From: an uncultured delta proteobacterium
Lineage (GTDB): Bacteria; Desulfobacterota; RBG-13-43-22
Reading direction: 5' to 3'
Length of the DNA: 64,000 nt
Assembly: GCA_963746605.1 (NCBI GenBank)
Contig: CAVVCH010000061.1
Coordinates: forward strand, 134,441-198,440
Positions 28,555-38,046 of this stretch are shown here, one piece after another (the first letter of the stretch is position 1; the number at the start of each line of letters is the position of its first letter). The notes under the pieces were generated by a model. That model was not told where the DNA came from, ran no database searches, and saw only the letters and a list, made by a program, of their open reading frames with translations. A program made the position numbers and the translations under genes.

Positions 28555-28897
28555 ATGAAGATTATCTCAAACCGTGCCGCCATCATCGTCAGGGCGAAAG
28601 CTCCTTTTGTTGAGTGGGTTCAAAGCGCCGATGCCGACAGCTCCCATATCACTACCGAGGAAGTCAACGAAGACCCTAACGTATACTTGATCTACGATCC
28701 AAAGAAGGAAGGCGAGATCGACATCGATTGATCGCGAAGAACTATCGTGAGATTTTCGAAGAGGAATTGAATAGCTGGTTCACAGACGAGTCCTGTGGCC
28801 AGAAGAGGGACCTTAAAACATTCCGGCAATGGTTTCAGGTTGATTTCCATGGCATGGTGGTAGATCTCAGCGAAGAAGACTTCTACACCGAAGAATG
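28555..28897 (+). pseudogene. hypothetical ~113-aa ORF interrupted by a frameshift/stop near 28728-28735 (MKIISNRAAIIVRAKAPFVEW...GEIDID | IAKNYREIFEEELNSWFTDESCGQ...)
   Basis: Two consecutive protein-like segments in different frames. No family recognised. Confidence 0.3.
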
Positions 28898-28930
28898 AAA
28901 AAATCGAGCCGCTTGACTACCTTCGCCATA

Positions 28931-29213
28931 TCAAGGTGGAGGTAGAGTCGGCGCCCTGCCTTGACTACCTAAAAATTTTCCTGTGTCTTTAAAAAAGTCG
29001 CTGATATAGGAGATTTTTCCCTCCTCGAACTCCATCAGGGTCACCCCCTCATTCTCGTAGGGTTCCCCGCGTCGGTTTTTCCCTCGATTGCTCCAATGGA
29101 CCGCTCCCCGGTTCCCCTGAACAATGGTCCGGTGAACGGTGAAGACCAACTCCGGGTATTGGCGGAAGAGGATCTGGAGTGAAAAAGTCAGAAATGAGTT
29201 TTTCGGCATTCAC
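28931..29213 (-). pseudogene. SnoaL-like/NTF2-fold protein remnant whose N-terminal segment (GTG start, NAEKLISDFFTPD) is in a different frame from the body; short and likely disrupted
   Basis: C-terminal ...GEPYENEGVTLMEFEEGKISYISDFFKDTG matches the SnoaL-like C-terminus. A frame change near 29170. Starts 5 nt after the ACAD stop. Confidence 0.35.
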
Positions 29214-29218
29214 AGCGG

Positions 29219-30361
29219 CTACAATCCCATCATCTTGGCCACGATGGTCTTCATGATCTCGTTGGTGCCGGCAAAGATGGACATGACCCGCACGTCCCGC
29301 CAGGCGCGGGCAATGGGGTATTCCTCGCAGTAGCCGTAACCGCCGTGGAGCTGGAGGCATTCGTCGGCTACGCGTCGGGCCATTTCGGTGGTCCAATATT
29401 TGGCCATGGAGACCTCGGTGACCACATTTTTTCCCTCCAGATGGTCGGCGATCAGTTTGTCCAGGAAGGTGCGCCCCAGCTTGACCTCGGTGGCCATCTC
29501 CACGATCTTGAACTGGTTGACCTGAAACTTGGAGATCGGTCTGCCGAAGGCGGTGCGTTCCTTCGTATACTTGATGGTTAAATCCAACATATGTTCCGCC
29601 CCGGCGACGGCGGCGATGGCGCACATCAGCCGTTCCTGCTGGAGCTTCTGCATCAGCATGATAAAGCCGGTCCCCTTAAGGCCCAATCGATTGCCTTTGG
29701 GGATGCGACAGTCGGTGAAATAGAGCTCGGCCGTATCCTGGCTGTGCCAGCCGATTTTTTTTATTTTTTTGCCTTTTTCAAAACCGGGGGTCCCGGCCTC
29801 CACCAGGAAGAGGTCGATGGCCTGGTAGGGTTCGCTGACCTCGGGGTCCCGGGCGGCCAGAACCAGCAGGTCGCAGTTGATTCCGTTGCTGATAAAGGTT
29901 TTCTGGCCGTTGAGGATCAATTCGTCCCCCGCTTCCACCGCCGTGGTCCGGATGGCCGCCAGATCGCTTCCCGTGTTGGGCTCGGTCATGGCGATGGCGG
30001 TGATGAGGTCCCCGGAACAGCAGCCGGGCAGGTATTTCCTTTTCATTTCTTCCGTGCCGAATTCGGTAAGGTAAGGGACGACCACATCACTGTGCAAGGG
30101 GGCGGCCAAGCCACTGTGGTTGGTCTTGGTCAATTCCTCACAGACGATCACGGAATAGAGAAAGTCGGCCCCGGACCCGCCGTATTCCTCCGGGACCATG
30201 GGGCAGAGAAAACCCTGGTCGCCCATCTTCTTCCAGGCGCTTCGGGGGACGATCCCCGCTTCTTCCCATTCGTCAATATAGGGAATCACCTCTTTTTCAA
30301 AAAACTTCCGTAAGGCGTCGCGAAAGATGCGGTGTTCTTCGGTATAGTGTAAAATGTCCAT
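29219..30361 (-). CDS. acyl-CoA dehydrogenase
   Basis: 380 aa with ...TEPNTGSDLAAIRTTA..., ...ISNG... and a C-terminal ...HGGYGYCEEYPIARAWRDVRVMSIFAGTNEIM (catalytic Glu in the YGY..E context). Confidence 0.85.
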   Translation of the reverse strand: MDILHYTEEHRIFRDALRKFFEKEVIPYIDEWEEAGIVPRSAWKKMGDQGFLCPMVPEEYGGSGADFLYSVIVCEELTKTNHSGLAAPLHSDVVVPYLTEFGTEEMKRKYLPGCCSGDLITAIAMTEPNTGSDLAAIRTTAVEAGDELILNGQKTFISNGINCDLLVLAARDPEVSEPYQAIDLFLVEAGTPGFEKGKKIKKIGWHSQDTAELYFTDCRIPKGNRLGLKGTGFIMLMQKLQQERLMCAIAAVAGAEHMLDLTIKYTKERTAFGRPISKFQVNQFKIVEMATEVKLGRTFLDKLIADHLEGKNVVTEVSMAKYWTTEMARRVADECLQLHGGYGYCEEYPIARAWRDVRVMSIFAGTNEIMKTIVAKMMGL

Positions 30362-30513
30362 AGTCCATTTTCCTTTTTGTATTTACGGGTAATTTCTCGT
30401 CATCCCCGAAGGTCTTTATCGGGGATCCACTGTTCCTTAAGAAAAGCCTGGATTCCCGCTCAGAAGCGTTGCGGGAATGACGCTTTATGAGGTGGTATCT
30501 ATTGTGAAACCAT

Positions 30514-30867
30514 TTATAAAATCGGGACCGGATAGCGGTTCCCGTCCCGGTCATAAAAAATCACTCTCCCGGTTCTTTTCCAGAGGGTTTCGTCCATGAA
30601 ACAATAGAAGGCCTTGATTTCCCCCGGTTCGATGCGCAGGTCTCCCGAGGGCACGAGGTGGTCAAACCTCCGGATCCCTCCGGAAGTTTCCAGGTCGAAA
30701 TGGCTGGGCACAACCAATCGGGGCCAGAGCCCTGGTTGGTAAGATGGATTTCCAGGTTCTGGTCGAACATCTTCAGCCCGCAGCAGGTTTTGAAGCTCAA
30801 GATGTCTTCGGCCGAAGAGTTCATGATGAAACGGATTTCGAGCATGTGGTATTTTTCTCAGCAGCAA
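30514..30867 (-). pseudogene. DUF35 (zinc-ribbon/OB-fold, BbsA/ChsH2-C-like) thiolase-partner protein, N- and C-terminal parts in different frames (ATG 30845 frame, then the 30867..30514 frame)
   Basis: C-terminal LVVPSHFDLETSGGIRRFDHLVPSGDLRIEPGEIKAFY resembles the DUF35 OB-fold. ...SFKTCCGLKMFDQ sits in the other frame. A terminator-like hairpin (30522-30548) and T-rich tract overlap the stop. Confidence 0.45.
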
Positions 30868-30869
30868 TT

Positions 30870-32078
30870 TTACTGTATCTTTCCCACAATGGCGATGCTG
30901 CAGACGTTCATGAAGGGCACCCCGCCCAGATTGTGGGTCAGGCCGAAGCGGGGATTTTCGATTTGCCTTTCTCCGGCCCTTCCATGAAGCTGGAGATACA
31001 TTTCATAGAGCATGCGCAGGCCCGAGGCCCCGATGGGATGGCCGAAGCATTTCAGCCCACCATCCACCTGACAGGGAATCCCTCCCCCGTCCCGATTGTA
31101 GAAACCGTCCAAGGAATCCCGCACGGCCCGGCCCCGTTCCGAAATATGCAGGTCCTCGTAGGTGACCAGTTCGGTGATGGAGAAGCAGTCGTGGAGTTCC
31201 ATCATGCTGATCTCCCGGCGTGGGTCGGTGATCCCGGCTTCCTGATAGGCCCGCCGGCTGCAGACGTCGGTGGTCACAAAGTGGTCCCCGTCCCATTGAT
31301 TAAAGCCCATTTCGGCCCCGCCGCTTAAGGCCAGTTGCAGGGCCTTGACGGTGACAAAATCCTTTCGTCCCATCTCCTTGGCCTTTTCCACGGTGGTGAC
31401 GATGGCGCAGGCCGCTCCGTCGCTCACCCCGCAACAGTCGAACAGCCCCAGAGGATGGGCGATGATCGGGGCGGCCATGATCTGTTCCACGGTCACGGCC
31501 TTACGCAAGTGGGCCTTAGGGTTGAGGACTCCGTTGGCGTGGCTCTTGGCCGAAACCTGGGCCAGCGCGCGTTTGAGTTCCTGGTCCGGAATGCGGTATT
31601 TGGCCGCGTAAGCGCTGGCCAGTTGGGCAAAGGCCCCGGGGGCAGAGATGTTGGGGAACCAGAGCCAGTTCAAAGAGCCCAGCCCGGAACCCGGATTGGG
31701 CAGCCCGCCGTAGCCCGTGTCCTTGAGCTTCTCCACACCCATGGCCAGACAGATATCGTAGGCCCCGGAGGCCACGGCATAGACCGCCCCCCGAAAAGAC
31801 TCGGTTCCGCTGGCACAAAAGTTTTCTGTCCGGGTGGCAGGTATCAAGGGCAGGCGGAGGGTCATGGTAAGGGGAAGGGCGCTTTTGCCCACGTTGATCT
31901 CCTCCATGCAGGTGCCCAGCCAGGCGGCCTCGATATCATCGGGCACGATTCCGGAATCCTCCAGACACTCGGCGAAAGCCTCCACCATCAGTTCTTCGGC
32001 CCCCACATCCCAGCGCTCGCCAAAGCGGGTGCAGCCCATGCCGAGGATGGCGACTTTATCTTTGATACCGGTAGCCAT
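30870..32078 (-). CDS. thiolase, SCP-x/nonspecific lipid-transfer-protein type (acetyl-CoA C-acyltransferase)
   Basis: 402 aa with nucleophile context ENFCASGTESF and C-terminal CFGHPIGASGLRM with catalytic His. No second C-terminal Cys, as in SCP-x-type thiolases. Confidence 0.85.
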   Translation of the reverse strand: MATGIKDKVAILGMGCTRFGERWDVGAEELMVEAFAECLEDSGIVPDDIEAAWLGTCMEEINVGKSALPLTMTLRLPLIPATRTENFCASGTESFRGAVYAVASGAYDICLAMGVEKLKDTGYGGLPNPGSGLGSLNWLWFPNISAPGAFAQLASAYAAKYRIPDQELKRALAQVSAKSHANGVLNPKAHLRKAVTVEQIMAAPIIAHPLGLFDCCGVSDGAACAIVTTVEKAKEMGRKDFVTVKALQLALSGGAEMGFNQWDGDHFVTTDVCSRRAYQEAGITDPRREISMMELHDCFSITELVTYEDLHISERGRAVRDSLDGFYNRDGGGIPCQVDGGLKCFGHPIGASGLRMLYEMYLQLHGRAGERQIENPRFGLTHNLGGVPFMNVCSIAIVGKIQ

Positions 32079-32089
32079 ACAGCTCTCCT

Positions 32090-33430
32090 TTAGAATTTAA
32101 ACAGCTTTTCTATCAGTTGGGATTTCATCAGATCCCCTTCGATTTTCAGTTTTCCGCTAGTGAAGGCCTGCATGGCCGGCAATTGACCGGTGATCAGCCC
32201 CAGAAAGTCGGCATCGGCCATGTGGATGGTGGTGGTCGGCTTTGCATGAAGCCCCGGGCCTACGGTGCAGGAGGCCTCTTTGATCACCGCCTGCCAATCC
32301 CCGCCCTCGGGCCCGGAGATCCGGAACTGGAAGACCACGTCCACCCCGGCCGCTTTTTCGGCCTGAAAGGCCTCCGGCATCCGCTCGAACACGGACCGAA
32401 CCGTAGGTCCGGAGGGTGAGGATTTGGCCGCCTCCGGCTCCCTTTGCCCGCCGGTCAGCATTTCTCCCAGGGCCGCGGTGGCATTGTAAAATTCCTTTCC
32501 TCCTACGAGGGTGTTGATGGCCGTCCAATTTTGGTGAACCTCTTCCGGGGTAGGGACATTCCCTCCTTCACCGATCAGGATTCCCGGCCCGGAAACGATC
32601 GCCGCCTTGTTGAAATACCCCGCCCCGGCGTTGAAGACCTGGCCGGTCTCGGCGCAGGCGGCGGAGCAGAGATAGATGACCAAGGGGGCCGACGAATTCG
32701 GGTTTAAGTCTTTCAAAGAGATCGGGGGGCAGGATGTCTTCGGTCAGGCGAGTGGCGGCGATAGGGGCCACGGTGTTGACCTTGATGTTGTATTTCTCGC
32801 CCTCCAGTTTCAAGGTGTTCATCAAGCCCACCAACCCCAGTTTGGCTGCCGAATAGTTGGCCTGTCCGAAATTGCCGAACAAACCGGCGGCCGAGGTGGT
32901 CAGGACGATTCGGCCGTATTGCTGTTCCCGCATCTGCCGGAGCGCCGGCCGGGTGACATAATAGGCCCCATCCAGATGGACGGAGAGGACCTGATTCCAA
33001 TCCTCGGAGTCCATCTTGAGCAGGGTCTTGTCCCGGAGGATTCCGGCGTTGTTGATCAGGATATCCACGCGGCCAAAGGTCTCCAGGGCTTTCTCGACAA
33101 TGGCTTCGCCGCCTGCGGGAGTGGATACGGAATCGTAACTGACCACGGCTTCGCCGCCCAGGGCCTTGATTTCTTCAACCACCCTGTCAGCCGGACCGGT
33201 AGAACCAGTGCCGGAACCGTCCCGGGAGCCGCCCAGATCGTTCACCACCACTTTCGCTCCGCGCTTGGCCAAGTCCAGGGCATAGGTCCGACCCAGACCG
33301 GCCCCGGCCCCGGTGACGATCGCCACCTGACCGTCAAATCGGATTTCGGCCTTTTTTTCCTCTGTTGTCGGCGGCTTGACCGGCAGAGGCACGGCTTTCC
33401 AGAAGTAGCCGGAGAACCCGCGGTCCTTAT
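32090..33430 (-). repeat. paralogous SDR+SCP2 module; partner at ~34926..36210 in the adjacent gene (~85-90% amino-acid identity)
   Basis: Near-identical stretches, e.g. RVDILINNAGILRDKTLLKM...GRIVLTTSAAGLFGNFGQANYSAAKLGLVGLMNTLKLEGEKYNIKVN.VAPIAATRLTEDILPPDLF.RLKPE, occur in both proteins. Confidence 0.6.
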
Positions 33431-34826
33431 CGGTGTACCGCTTCCGGAAAGAGAGCCTGACCGGCTGGCCGACCCAGACTTCGGCCAGTTCGCAATCGGT
33501 AAAATCGGCCATGAACCGCCCCCCGTCATCAAATTGGATCATGCCGTAGACTGCCGGCGGGTCGACAGAAACCGTCAACAGGTCTCCGGTAAAGGTCTTG
33601 ATAAAGGCCGATTTTTCGGCAAACTCGTACTCTTCCTGGGTATGGAATTTCCGGCAGTCCGGGTTGACGCAGATATCCATTTTTGGAAACTGAGGGGTGC
33701 CGCAGGCCGTACAGCGGCCGCCCACCAGGCCGAGGATCATCTGCCGTTTCCGATAGAGGACGGTCATGGCCGTCTGCGTGGGGGCCTCGGCCCTGATCCC
33801 CATCTCGGTCTGGATCAGGTCTCGGAACTTGAGGAATTTGGGATATTGGTCGATCGTCTTTTTGTTCTTCAGAGACCCTTCAATCCCCACCCGAGGGGCT
33901 AGATTTAGGATATGCTCGGTCACCCGGAAATACAGCGCGTCGCAGCCCTGTCCGAAACCGGCCAGCAGGATCCGATCTCCAGGCTTGGCCTGCTCCAGGG
34001 CTTGGGTAAACAGGACCAGGGGATGGGCGGCGCCGGTTTCCCCGCAGACCTCGTGGAGGTTGTCCTGAACTTTTTCCGGAGCAGCCCCCAGTTTCTTGGC
34101 GATGTTGCGGTGTTCGGCCTTGAAGAAGCAGGGGAAAACAAGCTTATCCACGTCGTCCATGGTGATGGACAGTTTTTCAGGAGACCGTTTACCGCCGCGG
34201 GGATGATCTTGGCCATATCCTTCATCCCGGACCCAGCGCTCTTCCCACATGTAATCGTATTTGTTTTGGGAGCCGCGGTAGTGATCGATAAAATCCAGAG
34301 AGAGGCTATAAGAACCCAGGAATTCAGCAATTACGCTGCTATTGCCGACCAGGAGTGAGGCGGCCCCGTCGCCGAACCACATCTCATAAAAATAGGCGGC
34401 CTTGGTCTCCCGCTTGTCGGCCGCGGTGACCAGGATGCTTTGGGGGACGCCTTCCCGAAGGGAGTTCAAGGCGGTGATCAGCGCGCTGGTGCCGGAACGA
34501 AGGGAGGCGGTAACGTCCTGGGTCAGCAGGTCATCCCGAAGGTTCAGGGCCGTTTTGACAATAGCGGCGTTGAGGCGGTCGGCAAAGGGCAGCGTGGTGG
34601 AGCACAGGTAGAGGGCCTCCATCGCCGATTTATCCGCTCCCTTCAGGCAGTCCTGCGAGGCGGCAACGGCCATGGTCAGGCTGTCTTCATCCCAGTTGCA
34701 GAAAGAACGCTCACCCTGGGCGACCATGACGATGGCCGGGGCAAACCAGCCCATTTCCTGAAAGATGCTCATGCGGTTTAGACGGAGCCGGGGAAGGTAG
34801 CCGCCGTAGGATACGATGCCGATCAT
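32090..34826 (-). pseudogene. four-domain fusion (HMG-CoA-synthase-like + DUF35 + short-chain dehydrogenase + SCP2 sterol-carrier), interrupted by a +1 frameshift at the G5 run 32683-32687 (ORFs 32568..34826 and 32090..32716)
   Basis: N-terminal MIGIVSYGGYLPRLRL is the HMGCS start. CTACGT...NPDCRKF...VWVGQPVRLSFRK is DUF35. TGAGAGLG...YSAAK is SDR. The C-terminus continues in the other frame as PLVIYLCSAACAETG...GKLKIEGDLMKSQLIEKLFKF (SCP2). Deleting one G restores EFVGPLVIYLC, matching the paralog RLKPEYVTPLVLYLC. Confidence 0.75.
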
Positions 34827-34925
34827 GGGACCTCCTTAAAATTCAAATCCGAAATTCGACGCACGAAACTCGAAACAAAAAACAATATTCAAAATTCAAA
34901 TGACCGAAACAACTTCACCTCCCGA

Positions 34926-37032
34926 TCAGAACTTAAAAAGTTTTTCTATGAGCTGGGATTTCATCAGGTCGCCTTCAATTTTCAGTTTGCCCGAGGTGTA
35001 GGCCTGCATGGCCGGCAGTTTTCCGGCCATCAAATCCAGGAAATCTTCGATCCGACATTTTAATGAGGGTCGTCGGTTTTTCGTGGAGCCCCGGGGTGGT
35101 AGTACAGGTCGCGTCTTTGATGGCGGTAAACCAATCTCCCCCGCCCGCTCCGGAAATCCGGAATTGAAAAACCACGTCCACCCCGGCGGCCTTGTCGGCC
35201 TGAAAGGCCCGGGGCATCTCATCAAAAACCGACCGAACGGTGGCCCCGGGGGCCTCGACCGGCGCCGCCTCGGTTGGGGAGGGGGGGCCGGTCAATAGGA
35301 CGCCCAAGGCCTCGGTGGCATTGTAAAATTCCCGGGCCCCGGTCATCCGGAGAATGTCCGGCAGGCGGGCGGAAAGGCTCTCGGGAGAAGGGATCTGGTG
35401 CCCGTCGCTGAGCATTACCCCGGGACCGGAAAGTACGGCGGCCCGATTGAAAAAACCCATCCCGGCATTATAGACCGCGCCGCTCACCGGGCATTGTTCG
35501 GCGCAGAGGTAGAGGACCAGCGGGGTTACGTATTCGGGTTTGAGCCGGGCGAAAAGATCGGGGGGCAGGATGTCCTCGGTCAGACGGGTGGCGGCGATGG
35601 GGGCCACGGCGTTGACCTTGATGTTGTATTTTTCGCCCTCCAGTTTCAACGTGTTCATCAAGCCCACTAACCCCAGCTTGGCCGCCGAATAGTTGGCCTG
35701 CCCGAAATTGCCGAACAGACCGGCCGCCGAGGTGGTCAGGACAATTCTTCCGTACCCCTGTTCCCTCATCCTTTGGAAGGCTGCCCGGGTTACGTAGAAG
35801 GCCCCGTCCAGATGAACGGCCCGGACCTGTTCCCAATCCGCTTTCTCCATTTTAAGCAGGGTCTTGTCGCGCAGGATGCCGGCATTATTGATCAGGATAT
35901 CCACGCGGCCAAAGGCTTCGACGGCCCGCCGGGTGATGGCTTCCCCGCCTTCCGGGGTCGATACGGAATCGTAGCTGGCCACGGCCTCACCGCCCAGGGC
36001 CATAATTTCCGCAACCACCCGGTCCGCCGGACCGGCCGATCCGGTCCCGGATCCATCCCGAGCGCCGCCCAGGTCATTGACCACCACCCGTGCGCCTCGC
36101 CGGGCCAGTTCCAGGGCGTAGGCCCGGCCTAACCCGGCCCCGGCGCCGGTGACGATGGCCACCCGGCCGTCCAGGCGAATCTCCATCTTTGGGGTCTCCC
36201 CATATTCGAAGATTCCCTGGTCAATGACCACCTCGCCTGTCTCGGCGTTGATGACCCGCCAGAGGGCCTTCCCTTCGTCCACCCGCCAGATCTGGGTTTT
36301 GATGGCGTTCCCGGGATAAAGCGGGCTGCGGAAACGATTGGCCATCCGTCGTACCTTCTCCGGGGCGCCCGGGACCAGTTGCCGGATCAAGGCCCGGGAA
36401 GCATAGCCGTGGGTGCAAAGGCCGTGCATGATGGGTCGGGTAAAACCGGCCGTCTTGGCAAATTCCAAATCCACGTGCAGGGGGAAGATGTCCCCGGAAA
36501 GACGGTAAATCAGCGGCTGATCGACCGGGGGGGTAGCCGGCACCTCAAAATCCGGAGGTCGTTCCGGGAACGAAATGGCATTCTTAGGGGCATCTTCCCC
36601 GCCAAAGCCCCCGTCCAAACGTGCCAAGACGGTAACGATGCTGGTGAAAAGTTTTCGGCCGCCTTCATTCCGGGTGTCAAACTCGGCCACGATCAGCGCT
36701 CCCTTGTCGGGGCCTTTGTCGTAATAATGGGTGATGGCCCCCTCGGTTATCAGTTTTCCCTCCGAAGGGATGGGCTGGTGAAAGATCAACTCCTGCCCGG
36801 CGTGAAGAATTCCCGCCAGGTTGACATTGCTGATGGAGGCCAACTCCGGCATGAAATCGTACAGCGTCACAATGCCAAAGCTCGGCAAGACCCTGAGGTC
36901 CTTTTCGTAACAGTAGTCTAGATCGGAAAAACCCGCACCCACGCCCAGGGCATAGAGGACCGTGTCCTTCCAGGTATAGTCCTTGGAAAAGGGGCCGATC
37001 TTTTTTCCAATGCTGTCCAAGTTAAGGGCCAT
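34926..37032 (-). pseudogene. MFE-2-like fusion (2x MaoC hot-dog hydratase + SDR + SCP2), C-terminal SCP2 end displaced by a 1-nt insertion near 35058 (ORFs 34975..37032 and 34926..35225)
   Basis: N-terminal YTWKDTVLYALGVGA is the hydratase-2 N-domain, then TGAGAGLG...YSAAK (SDR). The tail ...TLIKMSD then shifts to EDFLDLMAGKLPAMQAYTSGKLKIEGDLMKSQLIEKLFKF, identical in sequence to the paralog's C-terminus. Confidence 0.75.
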
Positions 37033-37077
37033 CTTTTTTCCTCCCGGTTCAAATTGTGCTGTTGGGTATCGCGCTGG

Positions 37078-37725
37078 TTAGGGGCTGTCGGCCCGGTTTT
37101 CTCCCCCTCTGTCGAAGGCCGGGATCAAGATATATTTCAAGGTCTCTTTGGCCAGCGCCATGTATTCCGGACGTTCGATCTTAAGGAGCGACCGAAAAAA
37201 GGTTTCCCCGGAAATAAAATTATGAATGGCATTCATGATGACCAGGACCTGCATTTTAACGGAAACGGAGACGCTTTCCTTGTCCCGGCTGAGACCCATG
37301 GAGCGGGCGATATCGGAAATGAATTCCGGAACCCTGAAATCCAGGCTGGTTTCAGGGCGGGTCTTTCCGAAATATCGAAAAAGGACCAGGTTGGATATTT
37401 CCGGGTGTTGGAAGAGAAAGGCCACAATCCGGTCGATGGAAATGTCCATTCTCTGGGCCAGGGGCCGCCCGTGGATTATTTTTTCCACGGCCACCAGTTG
37501 CTGGCGCAAGTCCTCGTTGATATCCAGGACCACGGCCTCGTAGAGGTCCCCTTTTTCGCCCCAATGGTAATACAGCGTGGAAATGTCAATACCCACCCGT
37601 TGGGCGATCATGCGGGTGGTCGTTCCATGATAGCCGTATTCACCAAAAAGCTGCCGGGCTATCTTGAGGATCCGGGCCTTCATGGATTCCGGATCCCGCC
37701 GGGCTTTTTCCAAAGGGGTGCTCAC
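37078..37725 (-). CDS. TetR/AcrR-family transcriptional regulator
   Basis: N-terminal HTH ARILKIARQLFGEYGYHGTTTRMIAQRVGIDISTLYYHW. It is the first gene of the minus-strand cluster. Confidence 0.8.
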   Translation of the reverse strand: MSTPLEKARRDPESMKARILKIARQLFGEYGYHGTTTRMIAQRVGIDISTLYYHWGEKGDLYEAVVLDINEDLRQQLVAVEKIIHGRPLAQRMDISIDRIVAFLFQHPEISNLVLFRYFGKTRPETSLDFRVPEFISDIARSMGLSRDKESVSVSVKMQVLVIMNAIHNFISGETFFRSLLKIERPEYMALAKETLKYILIPAFDRGGENRADSP

Positions 37726-38046
37726 AACCGGTCTCCAAAAAATGTTTCCATCAAATGATGGAGAAACCCTAGCATGATGGGGGACAAAGTCAAGAGAAAA
37801 TTTTGTGGAAAGTGCATTTCCAAAGAATTGCGCAGCAACTACTCAAAAAATCCACGAATACCGAATTCGCAAACCGGGGAGGGTGTTCGACCCGAGGCAG
37901 GCTGACCGGGTTTTTAGTAACGAAATCGTAAAGGTGAATAGGTAACCCGGCGGAAAGGTCCCCTGACTCGAAAGGCCCACGGCCGGCTACCCCATGTTGG
38001 CCTCAGTCTTGCTGATCAACCGGTCAGGTGAACGGGTATGGTTCTC

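Noticed and set aside
26645-29218. Intact mobile element (IS, prophage or integrase) next to parA
   Set aside because: No transposase, integrase or recombinase-like ORF and no terminal inverted repeats were found. Only decayed fragments remain, so this is reported as a possible relic.
34827-34925. Short AAATTCAAAT direct repeats between the two large paralogous genes as a distinct element
   Set aside because: Only two 10-nt copies in an AT-rich spacer. This is insufficient to call a repeat element or operator.
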